Below the pieces are notes generated by a model that was not told the DNA's origin, did not search any database, and saw only the letters and a list, made by a program, of their open reading frames with translations. Shown here one piece after another: positions 48,568-57,884 of a stretch of 64,000 nt of DNA (position 1 is the stretch's first letter; every line of letters starts with the position of its first letter). The stretch comes from an uncultured Flavobacteriales bacterium. Lineage in GTDB: Bacteria; Bacteroidota; Bacteroidia; Flavobacteriales; BACL11. The stretch spans positions 11,221-75,220 of the forward strand of contig CAJQIZ010000029.1 in NCBI GenBank assembly GCA_905478555.1, in the 5' to 3' direction. A program made the position numbers and the translations under genes.

Positions 48568-48848
48568 AAATTTCCGGAAAAAGGTTTTCCCCATTTAAGT
48601 CCTTCCCAAGCACAATTCATGCACTTATATCGTTTAAAGTCAAACATTTGGAAAGTAAGATAATTAAATAAATAATCTTTTTTTAATCTTTTAATTCTCT
48701 CTAGTGCTTCTTCACAATAAGGGCAGCAATTATCACAGTTTTTACAACTTATTTTTTTACCAATATTAAACTTTTTTATGATAATTAGTAAAATAAAATA
48801 AGCTATAAACACCAAGGTGATACATAAAAACGGATCTAAGTTATTCAT
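48564..48848 (-). CDS. Membrane-anchored Cys-rich (zinc-ribbon-like) small protein
   Basis: 94 aa with one N-terminal TM helix, then CKNCDNCCPYC ... CMNC. Convergent 4-nt overlap with the methyltransferase gene. Confidence 0.5.
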   Translation of the reverse strand: MNNLDPFLCITLVFIAYFILLIIIKKFNIGKKISCKNCDNCCPYCEEALERIKRLKKDYLFNYLTFQMFDFKRYKCMNCAWEGLKWGKPFSGNF

Positions 48849-48956
48849 TTCGGTGGTTTTGTAATGATTTGACTTTACAAAACTAATAAAAATAAATTAT
48901 ATTAAGGAATTTTTTTTATTAATTATCTTTAGATGCTTGTTTTTTAGTGTTTTATA

Positions 48957-49664
48957 CTATTCAAAAGTAAAGGATAACATCCATCCGTTTGTATATAAAT
49001 TTTTAATAGAAGTAGTATACACAGAATTATCTTTATTTAATAGATTTAAAACTCCAGTAGATAATTTTATCTGTGGAGAAAATTTAAAGAATTCTAAATA
49101 GAAATCCATTCCAAATCCAATTTCACCCAATAAATCATTTGGGTTAAGTTTTAAAACTACTTGTTCCACATCTACGATATTTTTTTGTGAGGCAATGTCT
49201 AAACTATACTTTACTCCAAATAAAACATATGTTCTGAAATTATTATACCTTTCTGACTTATATTTTACATAAAATGGAAAGTCAATTAGTGTAGATTCAA
49301 TTGTTTTTTTTATTGTTGTTATTTCATTTATAGTATCTGAAAAGTAGTAAATTAAATTTCTTTCTCCGAAAACTAAAGTTGGGATAAAACGAAAGTCAGT
49401 GTATTTCCCTATTCTAAAATTAGATACAATACCTAAATTAAACCCTTTTTGGTTGTTTGAGTGCAGTACAAACAAACTATCCTGAAACATAACTTCTTCA
49501 TTATGTTTAATATTGAAATCCAGAGAGTTGATCCCTAATGTAAATCCAAAATGCATTTTTTTATTATCATAACTTATTAAGTTTTTAGGCATAGGTAGTA
49601 ATTGTGCCAATACGCCATTGGATAAAATAGTAAAGAACAGAATATTTAAAAATATTTTTATCAT
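48957..49664 (-). CDS. porT: PorT-family outer membrane beta-barrel protein (T9SS-associated)
   Basis: Signal peptide, 235 aa, alternating beta-strand pattern ending in ...MLSFTFE. It sits immediately downstream of ubiE, as I recall for Flavobacteriia. Confidence 0.65.
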   Translation of the reverse strand: MIKIFLNILFFTILSNGVLAQLLPMPKNLISYDNKKMHFGFTLGINSLDFNIKHNEEVMFQDSLFVLHSNNQKGFNLGIVSNFRIGKYTDFRFIPTLVFGERNLIYYFSDTINEITTIKKTIESTLIDFPFYVKYKSERYNNFRTYVLFGVKYSLDIASQKNIVDVEQVVLKLNPNDLLGEIGFGMDFYLEFFKFSPQIKLSTGVLNLLNKDNSVYTTSIKNLYTNGWMLSFTFE

Positions 49665-49688
49665 TTTTTCAACCTAAAAACGATTGTT

Positions 49689-50411
49689 TTATTCTTTTAT
49701 TGCAATATATAAATCTACAATTCCGATAGTTAATGGAATATGTTTACATTCTTTAAATCCTGCTTTGTTTAAATATTTTATAAAATCCTTGCCATTTGGG
49801 AATGCTTCTACTGAGTTAGGTAAATAAGTATAAGCACTATTATCTTTCGAAATTAATTTACCGAAAAAGGGTAGTGCATGATGAAAATAGAGATTATAAA
49901 ATTGTTTTAACGGAAATGATTTTGGTTTTGAAGGTTCTAAAATAGCTACTATTCCTTTTTTATTTAATACCCTATACATTTCAGATAGTCCTTTGTTTAA
50001 GTCTTCAAAATTTCTTACTCCAAAACCAGCTGTTATCGCATCAAAAGTGTTGTCTTCAAATATTAGGTTTTCCGAATCACCTAGTTGTAATTGTATAATA
50101 TTCTCTAATCCTTTATTTTTTATTTTACGTTTACCAACCTCAATCATTCCTCCCGAAATATCTATTCCAGTAATGTTTACATTTTTAAGTTTTGATGCTG
50201 AAATTGCAAAATCAGCAGTTCCGGTAGCTACATCTAAAATATTTTTAGGATTATTTGTAATGCATTTTATAGCTTTGTACCTCCAATAAAAATCCATTCC
50301 AAAAGATAAAGTATGATTTAATAAATCATAGTTTTTTGCAATGTTGTTAAACATTTTACCTATTTGTTTCTTTTTAGATTCGGTAGAGTTGTATGGTGTT
50401 ATTTTACTCAA
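49689..50411 (-). CDS. ubiE: Demethylmenaquinone/ubiquinone C-methyltransferase
   Basis: N-terminal block FNNIAKNYDLLNHTLSFGMDFYWR and SAM motif ILDVATGTADFA. Confidence 0.9.
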   Translation of the reverse strand: MSKITPYNSTESKKKQIGKMFNNIAKNYDLLNHTLSFGMDFYWRYKAIKCITNNPKNILDVATGTADFAISASKLKNVNITGIDISGGMIEVGKRKIKNKGLENIIQLQLGDSENLIFEDNTFDAITAGFGVRNFEDLNKGLSEMYRVLNKKGIVAILEPSKPKSFPLKQFYNLYFHHALPFFGKLISKDNSAYTYLPNSVEAFPNGKDFIKYLNKAGFKECKHIPLTIGIVDLYIAIKE

Positions 50412-52666
50412 TTTTCTTTATTTATTATTTCTTTTTCAGATATACTATTAACAAAAAGTACATTTCCTAAGTTGTCGTATCCATTAAATAGCTCTTCTTT
50501 TTGTTTCTTTAAAAGTTCTGCTTTAAATCCTACAATGGTAAGGTCAGCATTAGCAGATTTTTTATTTATAATATTTCTAATTCTACTATTTTCATTATTT
50601 TTTAATAAGCTAATATTTGATGGTGAAATTGGTAACCTCCCTTCTTCAATTAAATTATGCAGTTTCTCTCTTTCTATTTTAGAATTATTTCCCTTGTAAA
50701 CACTAAATATTTTAATTTCTGCTGCATTCCATTCTGGATGTCCTAATAAAATGTAACCAAGTAGAATCATTAAATTAGAATTTTCGTAATCTTGTGGTGA
50801 AATCCAAATATGAATAATAGATTTTTTACCAAAACTTTTGAATGATTTTCTTAAAATACAAACATCAAAATCAGTAGCTTTTAAAAGTTGAAAATTATCA
50901 ATTACATTTAATAATTTTTCAGGATGAATTGATTCATATTCAAATAGAATTAGATTATTTCCTTTTCCTGAAATACCTGAAAGTTGTATTACTTGAGCAA
51001 GTGCAGAAGTGTAAGATGGGCTAATGATAGTATCTATATATACTCTACTTTTATTTCCTTCTGCTATTTTTAGTAAGTTATTTTTTACCTCTTTTGATTC
51101 TGAATAGGTGCTTTTTGATAAGTATCCTTCCAAGTATTGCATGTAAGTACCAAAACCATATTTGTGAGATATCCATCTTACTAAATTAAATGAGTCTCTC
51201 GATTTTAACGAATCATCAGAAACACAAATCACAAACGGTCTCCAACTTTCCGTTCCTTCTTCCATATCTTTCTTCTGAAGGAATATTTGTAGTTGTCTGC
51301 TAAGTTGAAATATTACCCCTTTAAATAATTTTTCTAACCCACTTTTACTTTTGTTGTTTATGCTAATATAATAATAGATTATAGCCATTGTGAGTATAGA
51401 TGCAATAGCATAAGTAGGGTTCATTTTAAACATTAAAAATATAGATAGAATTGCTCCTAATAAGGAGATATACCATCTGGATTTAAAGGATGGACGATAG
51501 GAAGGATCAGCTGATAAATGTTCAAGAAATGAAACTAAACAAATAGCACCATAAGTTACAATAAAAAACATAGAAATAATTTGTGCTACCGTATTTATAT
51601 CTCCTATAAAAATAAAGAAAAATGCAATTATCGTAGTGATTATAGATCCATTTATTGGTTCGTTATCTTTTTTTCTTCCTTTTTTAAACCATTTATTTAT
51701 TTTATTTATTGGGAATACAGAATCGTTACCTAATGCTTGAAGTGTTCTGGGAGCTATAATTACGGACCCTAATGCAGAAGAGATAGCAGCACATGCCAGT
51801 CCAATAGGTATTATAGGACCCCAAATAGCAATATCTGCCATTACCATCTGATTGTTGGCTAGTTGTTCTATATTAGCAGATAACACTAGTTTAATAGCTA
51901 CTGCAAAATACACTATTATACCCACTGATGTAGCCCAAAGTGTTCCTTTAGGGATAGATTTCTTAGGGTGTTTTAAATCTCCAGATAATCCTAATCCAGA
52001 TGCAATACCAGTAAAGGCTGGAAAGATAATTGTAAATACATAAAAGAAATCATCTGGGTTGTCGATTGTTGCATTGAGTTTAATGTCACTTAAGTTGTAT
52101 TTTGTTTCTCCAAAAAAGAAGAATATTAAAGAGACAAAAAGTATAAATGCAACAATATATAAGACTCTCATTCCTACATTGGCTCCTTTTCGTAAAATTA
52201 TTATTGTAAGTAGAGTCATACTTGCAATTGCTATGTTCTTTTTATTGATTAGGTATTCACCCCACTGATTCATAAATTCAGGGTAAACCTCTCTTAAATG
52301 TTCCATAAAAGGCATTACAGATTCTGAAAAGGCGATAATGTAAAAGGCGACACTAATGGCTTGCGATAAAAACAAGGTAATACCAATTGCAGCACCTATG
52401 TTCAGTCCGAATGATCTGGATATTATATAATAAGCACCTCCTCCTTCTACTTTCTGATTAGTGGCTATTTCTGCTATTGAAAGTGCAGTAGGAATAGTAA
52501 TAAGGTGTCCTAAAATTATAATTGCAAAAACTCCTAATAGACCCGTGTGACCCACAGCATATCCAAATCTCAAGAATAGGATAGCTCCTAAAATAGTAGA
52601 GATAGCAGTAATAAATACTGGCATAGTGCCGAAATTGGCTTTGCTGGTATTTATAGTTTTGGGCAT
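50408..52666 (-). CDS. Cation-chloride cotransporter (SLC12/CCC)-like APC-superfamily transporter with a large cytoplasmic C-terminal domain
   Basis: 752 aa. The N-terminal block GTMPVFITAISTILGAILFLRFGYAVGHTGLLG resembles the CCC TM1-TM2 signature. About 12 TM helices precede a soluble tail of about 300 aa. Confidence 0.75.
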   Translation of the reverse strand: MPKTINTSKANFGTMPVFITAISTILGAILFLRFGYAVGHTGLLGVFAIIILGHLITIPTALSIAEIATNQKVEGGGAYYIISRSFGLNIGAAIGITLFLSQAISVAFYIIAFSESVMPFMEHLREVYPEFMNQWGEYLINKKNIAIASMTLLTIIILRKGANVGMRVLYIVAFILFVSLIFFFFGETKYNLSDIKLNATIDNPDDFFYVFTIIFPAFTGIASGLGLSGDLKHPKKSIPKGTLWATSVGIIVYFAVAIKLVLSANIEQLANNQMVMADIAIWGPIIPIGLACAAISSALGSVIIAPRTLQALGNDSVFPINKINKWFKKGRKKDNEPINGSIITTIIAFFFIFIGDINTVAQIISMFFIVTYGAICLVSFLEHLSADPSYRPSFKSRWYISLLGAILSIFLMFKMNPTYAIASILTMAIIYYYISINNKSKSGLEKLFKGVIFQLSRQLQIFLQKKDMEEGTESWRPFVICVSDDSLKSRDSFNLVRWISHKYGFGTYMQYLEGYLSKSTYSESKEVKNNLLKIAEGNKSRVYIDTIISPSYTSALAQVIQLSGISGKGNNLILFEYESIHPEKLLNVIDNFQLLKATDFDVCILRKSFKSFGKKSIIHIWISPQDYENSNLMILLGYILLGHPEWNAAEIKIFSVYKGNNSKIEREKLHNLIEEGRLPISPSNISLLKNNENSRIRNIINKKSANADLTIVGFKAELLKKQKEELFNGYDNLGNVLFVNSISEKEIINKEN

Positions 52667-53647
52667 TTAAAATATTTTAATAGCTTCCGTTAGAAGTTCT
52701 TCTTTGTCAATTGGTACAACACCTACTTTTTGGCATACAATTCCACCAGATAAGGAGGATATTTTTGAGATATTATTAAAGCTTACTCCTTCAGCAAGTA
52801 ACAGAGATGCTACAGAAATAACAGTATCACCAGCTCCGGATACATCAATCACCGAACCTCCGTAAGATGGAGTATGTGTAAATTCTTTTTTAGTGTTAAT
52901 ACAGATACCTCTTTCTGAAAGTGTAAGTAAAACACATTCTGCATTTAGCTTTTCTCTAAGAAGGGTACTTGCTTTTTCTAGTTCTCTATCGTTTTTATCG
53001 TCAAACTCAATATTTATCCCTTCTTTTATTTCTTTTAAGTTAGGTTTAAAAATATCGCAATTTTTAAAAAGTAAAAAGTTGTCTTTTTTCGGATCAACAA
53101 TAGTTGGAATATTTAATTGTTTTGCTTTTTTAATTATGGTAGTAATAATTTTTGGAGTGAGAACTCCTTTGTTATAATCTTGTAAAATAATTACAGATAC
53201 ATCCTTGAAGAGTCGTTCAATATTGTTTAAAAACTGACTTTCTATTGTAATAGGATGTCTATCTTCATCATCTGTTCTCAATTGGTGTTTTTCTTCAGAA
53301 ATTACTCTTGTTTTTACTGTTGTTTTTCTGTGATTTGAAATGAGTATTCCTTTTGTAGATAGATTAGCCTCATTCATTAACTCTTCAAATTTTTTGCCGT
53401 TATTATCGTTTCCGATTACGGAACATAGAATTACTTCTGCCCCTAACGATTTTATGTTTAATGCACAATTTGCAGCACCTCCTAGTCGTGTTTCGTGTCT
53501 TTCTATTTCTACCACCGGAACAGGAGCTTCTGGTGACATCCTCTCTATTTTCCCCCACATATAGCAGTCAATCATTGCATCACCAATAATGAGTACTCTT
53601 TTATTGTTAAATGAAGAGAAAATTTCTTTTAATTCCTTTTCTGTCAT
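52667..53647 (-). CDS. PfkB-family sugar kinase, RfaE/HldE domain-I-like (D-glycero-beta-D-manno-heptose-7-phosphate kinase)
   Basis: N-terminal block VLIIGDAMIDCYMWGKIERMSPEAPVPV and the PfkB motif DVSGAGDTVISV. Confidence 0.65.
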   Translation of the reverse strand: MTEKELKEIFSSFNNKRVLIIGDAMIDCYMWGKIERMSPEAPVPVVEIERHETRLGGAANCALNIKSLGAEVILCSVIGNDNNGKKFEELMNEANLSTKGILISNHRKTTVKTRVISEEKHQLRTDDEDRHPITIESQFLNNIERLFKDVSVIILQDYNKGVLTPKIITTIIKKAKQLNIPTIVDPKKDNFLLFKNCDIFKPNLKEIKEGINIEFDDKNDRELEKASTLLREKLNAECVLLTLSERGICINTKKEFTHTPSYGGSVIDVSGAGDTVISVASLLLAEGVSFNNISKISSLSGGIVCQKVGVVPIDKEELLTEAIKIF

Positions 53648-54837
53648 TTTAGTTTTGATAATTGTTTTTTAATTCTTCTAATAGCTTCTAACAGATTTTC
53701 TTCTGAAGCTGCATACGAAATTCTCACACATTCAGGATTACCGAAAGGAGTACCAGCAACTAATGCAACATAGCATTTATTTAGTAGATAAATGCATAAA
53801 TCATCTGAACTATTGATAGTTGTTTCTCCATCAGATTTTCCGAAATAATAACTTATATCTGGGAAAAGGTAAAATGCACCTTCTGGTACATTACATTTTA
53901 TACCATCAATTTCATTAAATTTTTCTAGTACTAAATCTCTTCTTTCTAAAAAGATATCCTTCATCTTGCTTACCACTTCCGGATTTGCATTTACTGCTGT
54001 TTCAGCAGCTTTTTGTGATATAGAACAAGTAGCAGATGTAACTTGACCTTGTATTTTAGTACAAACTTTTGCTATCCAAAGTGGAGCTCCTATAAAGCCA
54101 ACTCTCCAACCAGTCATAGCGAATCCTTTTGAAACTCCATTTACTGTTATAACTCTCTCTTTTATTGATGGAATACTTCCAATACTAAAGTGCTCTTTTG
54201 TAAAGTTAATATGTTCGTATATCTCATCTGCAATAATATATATGTTAGGATATTTCTCTAACATTTCGGCAATATCTGTAAGTTCTTTTTTGGTGTAAAC
54301 TGTTCCTGAGGGATTACATGGAGAAGAAAACATGAGTAACTTTGTTTTATCTGTTATTTTACTTTCTAATTGGGCAGCAGTAATCTTAAAGTCGTTTTCA
54401 ATTTTAGATTTAATTTTAACGGAAACTCCTTCAGATAAAGTTACAATATCAGCGTAGCTTACCCAATATGGAGTTGGTAACAACACCTCATCTCCTGGGT
54501 TTAATAAACTTAAACACACATTTGCCAGTGATTGTTTTGCTCCTGTAGAAACTACTATTTGCTCTGTAGAATAATCTAAATTATTATCTCTTTTAAATTT
54601 GTTAGAAATAGCAGTTCTTAATTCTGGAAGACCAGGAACAGGAGTGTAGTGAGAGAAGTTATCGTCAATTGCTTTTTTTGCTGCAACCTTTATAAAATCA
54701 GGCGTGTCAAAATCTGGTTCTCCTAAACTGAGAGGGATTACATTGTACCCTTTTTCTTTTAACTCTCTACTCATTCTGGCCATGGCTAATGTTGCCGACT
54801 CAGATAATCTCTTTAATCTTTCTGAAACTTTTGTCAT
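53644..54837 (-). CDS. aspC: Class I pyridoxal-phosphate-dependent (aspartate) aminotransferase
   Basis: PLP-lysine region NGVSKGFAMTGWRVGF; 397 aa. Confidence 0.85.
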   Translation of the reverse strand: MTKVSERLKRLSESATLAMARMSRELKEKGYNVIPLSLGEPDFDTPDFIKVAAKKAIDDNFSHYTPVPGLPELRTAISNKFKRDNNLDYSTEQIVVSTGAKQSLANVCLSLLNPGDEVLLPTPYWVSYADIVTLSEGVSVKIKSKIENDFKITAAQLESKITDKTKLLMFSSPCNPSGTVYTKKELTDIAEMLEKYPNIYIIADEIYEHINFTKEHFSIGSIPSIKERVITVNGVSKGFAMTGWRVGFIGAPLWIAKVCTKIQGQVTSATCSISQKAAETAVNANPEVVSKMKDIFLERRDLVLEKFNEIDGIKCNVPEGAFYLFPDISYYFGKSDGETTINSSDDLCIYLLNKCYVALVAGTPFGNPECVRISYAASEENLLEAIRRIKKQLSKLK

Positions 54838-54914
54838 CTTAGTTTTTTGTTTTCAGCTGACAAATATACTTTTTTTTATGAAGTAAAATAGATATTATTT
54901 TTGATAAATTTTTA

Positions 54915-54922
54915 TATATTTG
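54915..54922 (+). promoter_or_regulatory. -7 promoter box (TATATTTG)
   Basis: TAnnTTTG match 26 nt upstream of ATG 54948. Confidence 0.4.
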
Positions 54923-54947
54923 ATGAATTGAAAAAAAAGAATTTATT

Positions 54948-55283
54948 ATGAAAAAAAACAGTTTTATTTTAATGTTTCTCACTGTATCGTTTTTTGCAAA
55001 TTCTCAAAAAATTTATTCAGTGGAATATTCTAGTCAAGCAGATGTAAAAGTATTTGTAGTAGATTATGAAAGTCAAGCAGATTTGTGTGTTTATAAGGTA
55101 GATTACCAATCTCAATCTGGAAAAAATGATGGTAATTGGTTTTTTGTAGAGTATTCTTCACAAGCAGATAAAAAGATATTCTTTACTGATTATTCCTCAC
55201 AGGCTGATGTGAAAATTTATTTTGTAGAATATAAAAGTCAAGCAAAATGGAAGAACAAGGAGAACATGCATTTATTTTATTAA
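54948..55283 (+). CDS. Small secreted protein built from six repeats of about 14 aa ([DE]Y-x-SQAD-x-K-[VI]-[FY]-[FV]-V)
   Basis: Signal peptide MKKNSFILMFLTVSFFANS. The repeats are VEYSSQADVKVFVV, DYESQADLCVYKV, DYQSQSGKNDGNWFFV, EYSSQADKKIFFT, DYSSQADVKIYFV and EYKSQAKWKNKENM. Confidence 0.7.
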   Translation: MKKNSFILMFLTVSFFANSQKIYSVEYSSQADVKVFVVDYESQADLCVYKVDYQSQSGKNDGNWFFVEYSSQADKKIFFTDYSSQADVKIYFVEYKSQAKWKNKENMHLFY

Positions 55284-55302
55284 TTAAAGAAAAGATAGTA
55301 AA

Positions 55303-56500
55303 ATGAAAAAATTATTAGTTTTATTATTAGTACATTACTTAATCTTGCTCAAGAAGCATCATCATCATTTAAGCAAGAGAAAGTTTCTCATTTGCAATTA
55401 GGATTAGATTTTTATGAGGCAGATTTGTTTGATAAATCTATTATTGAATTTAACACTTCTATTAAAACAGAAACAACTAGTAATAATGTGTATTTTTTAG
55501 AGGAAGATCTTATTTTCAAACTGATGATTATATAAAAGCAGAAATTGATTTTACTACTTACGATTTTATCCTGAAGATACTGCTTCCTTTTTTATAGAGG
55601 TTATTCCAGATTACAATTGTTGAAATATGAGTAGTCCCCATTCGGATTTTAATCAATATATTGAATATGTAGATGATTATTCCACCGCATATTATGACAG
55701 AGCTTTATGTTATTATTATATGAGTGATAATCAGGATACTTTATTACTTGCTGAACAGGATCATACTAAAGCGATTGAATTAGATTCTGATAGGATTTCC
55801 TACTATTATTACAGAGGGAAATGCAGATTTGAGTTGTACGACTGTGAAAATGTAATTCCGGATATGGATTTTGAGATTGAAAATAATTCTCAAGATACTT
55901 TCTCCTATTATTATTTTGAAAGAGCTTTTTCCTAATACAGAATGGGAAAATACAGATTGTCTATTGAAGATCATAATAAAGTAATTGAAGTTTCAAAAAA
56001 TTCTTCTACCCCTTTTTATATTAGAGGGTTAGGTTATTATATTGATAATTATCCGTTTGCAATTGTTGATTTTAATAAGGTAATAGCATTAGATTCTACA
56101 CAGTTAGATTACTACTATTTTTTAGGAGAATCTTATTATTTTTCTGAAAAATATGATTTGGCAAAAGATGCGTTGGCGAAAGTTATTGAATTATAAGAAA
56201 GAGATGTTTGGGGACACAGATTTATCTATAAAAAACTTAAATAAAGCAATTGACATAGACCCTAACTTTACTAGAGCTATTTTAATGAGGGCTTATGTAT
56301 ATAAGGAAAGTGCTAATTACAGAAAAGCTTTAGCAGATACTAATAAAGTATTAAAGCTAGATCCGGAACATCCTTATTCCTTTTGGATTAGAGGTATTGC
56401 AAAACAATATATTGGTTTTTATGATCCTTGCCCAGATTTAAAGAAAGCATGTGATTTAGGATATGGTTGTGAGGACCATAAATTGTGGTGTACGGAATAA
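55303..56500 (+). pseudogene. TPR-repeat secreted protein gene disrupted by multiple frameshifts and a nonsense codon
   Basis: ATG 55303 (MKKLLVLLLV...) stops at 55399. The sensible TPR reading then hops frames near 55310-55335, 55493-55499 (T6 run), about 55555, 55588-55593 (T6 run) and about 55630. TAA at 55933..55935 splits ORFs 55627..55935 and 55942..56196, which share a frame. A further shift near 56190-56215 leads into ORF 56153..56500. Confidence 0.7.
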
Positions 56501-56555
56501 GAGTTTTTATTGTATTTTTAGAAAAACTGAGTATAATTAGTTATACAATATAAAA

Positions 56556-57497
56556 TTAAAGTTCCTCTATAATTTGATGAATAGTTTTTCCTGCAGATAG
56601 TTCTTTCTCTAAATTTTCTAGTTTCTCTTCTGAATTAAGAAAATTATATCTTTTATTTCCTAATTCTTCTTTTATAGTATAGTGTAGCCAAAATATGTTT
56701 TGTCTTTTTCTGTTTTCGATTTTCCATGCTGAGGATTTCATCTGAGAGTTATGTGTTGTAATTGTTTCCCAAATTTTATTTATCCCTATATTTTCTAAGG
56801 AAGAACAAACAGAAACTTTTGGAGTCCAACCATTTTCCATCGCAGGAAAAAGATGTAAAGCCCTTTGGTATTCTAGTTTTGCATTTTCTGATTTTTGTGT
56901 ATTATCTCCATCTGCTTTACTAATTACTAGCATGTCTGCTATTTCCATTATTCCTCTTTTTATTCCTTGTAGTTCGTCTCCTGCACCTGATAACATTAAT
57001 AATAAAAAGAAATCGCAAATATTATTTACGGAGGTTTCCGACTGGCCAACTCCAACAGTTTCTATCAGAATAACATCAAATCCGGCTGCTTCACAAAGTA
57101 CAATACTATCTTTAGTTTTACTGGCAACTCCACCTAAAGTTCCTGAAGATGGAGAAGGCCTAATAAAAGCATTTTCATCTACTGAAAGTTGATGCATTCT
57201 ACTTTTGTCTCCTAAAATACTACCATGAGTTTTTTCGGAAGTAGGATCAATGGCAAGTACTGCAACTTTGTGTCCTTTTTTGGTTAAAAATTTTCCGAAA
57301 GTTTCAATAAAAGTACTTTTTCCAACACCAGGAACACCAGTAATTCCTATTCGAATAGAGTTTCCACTATATTCAGAACATTTTGAAATTAAGTTTTGTG
57401 CAGAAATAGAATCCGATTCCAAGGAACTTTCTAAAAGGGTAATTCCTTTTGCTAGAGCTACTTTATTTCCTATTAATATTTCTTCTGATAAATCCAT
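56556..57497 (-). CDS. meaB: Methylmalonyl-CoA mutase-associated G3E GTPase MeaB/ArgK
   Basis: P-loop GVPGVGKST, then ETVGVGQSE and SKADG motifs. Confidence 0.9.
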   Translation of the reverse strand: MDLSEEILIGNKVALAKGITLLESSLESDSISAQNLISKCSEYSGNSIRIGITGVPGVGKSTFIETFGKFLTKKGHKVAVLAIDPTSEKTHGSILGDKSRMHQLSVDENAFIRPSPSSGTLGGVASKTKDSIVLCEAAGFDVILIETVGVGQSETSVNNICDFFLLLMLSGAGDELQGIKRGIMEIADMLVISKADGDNTQKSENAKLEYQRALHLFPAMENGWTPKVSVCSSLENIGINKIWETITTHNSQMKSSAWKIENRKRQNIFWLHYTIKEELGNKRYNFLNSEEKLENLEKELSAGKTIHQIIEEL

Positions 57498-57878
57498 TTA
57501 TTTTACGGCAATTACCGATATTTCTACATTTACATTTTTGGGTAAAACAGACACTTCTACTGCTTCTCTTGCGGGAGGATGTTCTAAAAAGTAAGAAGCA
57601 TATACCTCATTAATTTCTGTATATTGATTCATGTCAGTCATAAAGATAGAACACTTTACAACATTTGTAAAATTCATATCAGCAGCTTTTAATACTTCCA
57701 AAATATTTTTCATTACTTGATGTGTTTCCTGCGTAATATTATCTGTTAGCAGTTCTCCATTTTTAGGATTTATAGCTATTTGCCCCGAACAATATAAGGT
57801 ATTATTACTCAAAATAGCTTGGTTGTAAGGGCCAATAGCTGCTGGAGCTTTCTTTGTTGATATTATTTTTTTACTCAT
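57498..57878 (-). CDS. ridA: RidA-family reactive enamine/imine deaminase
   Basis: 126 aa of YjgF/UK114 family sequence (APAAIGPYNQA...PAREAVEVSVLPKNVNVEI). Confidence 0.9.
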   Translation of the reverse strand: MSKKIISTKKAPAAIGPYNQAILSNNTLYCSGQIAINPKNGELLTDNITQETHQVMKNILEVLKAADMNFTNVVKCSIFMTDMNQYTEINEVYASYFLEHPPAREAVEVSVLPKNVNVEISVIAVK

Positions 57879-57884
57879 AACAAT

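Noticed and set aside
49993-50699. Plus-strand ORFs 49993..50289 and 50364..50699 opposite ubiE and the CCC transporter. Likewise 51852..52268, 52893..53564, 54704..54886, 56932..57594, 58656..58901, 62006..62218, 62965..63153 and 63380..63565.
   Set aside because: All lie antisense to motif-supported genes on the minus strand and have shadow-ORF composition.
55780-55974. 64-aa minus-strand ORF inside the TPR pseudogene.
   Set aside because: It is antisense to recognisable TPR repeats and has no features of its own.
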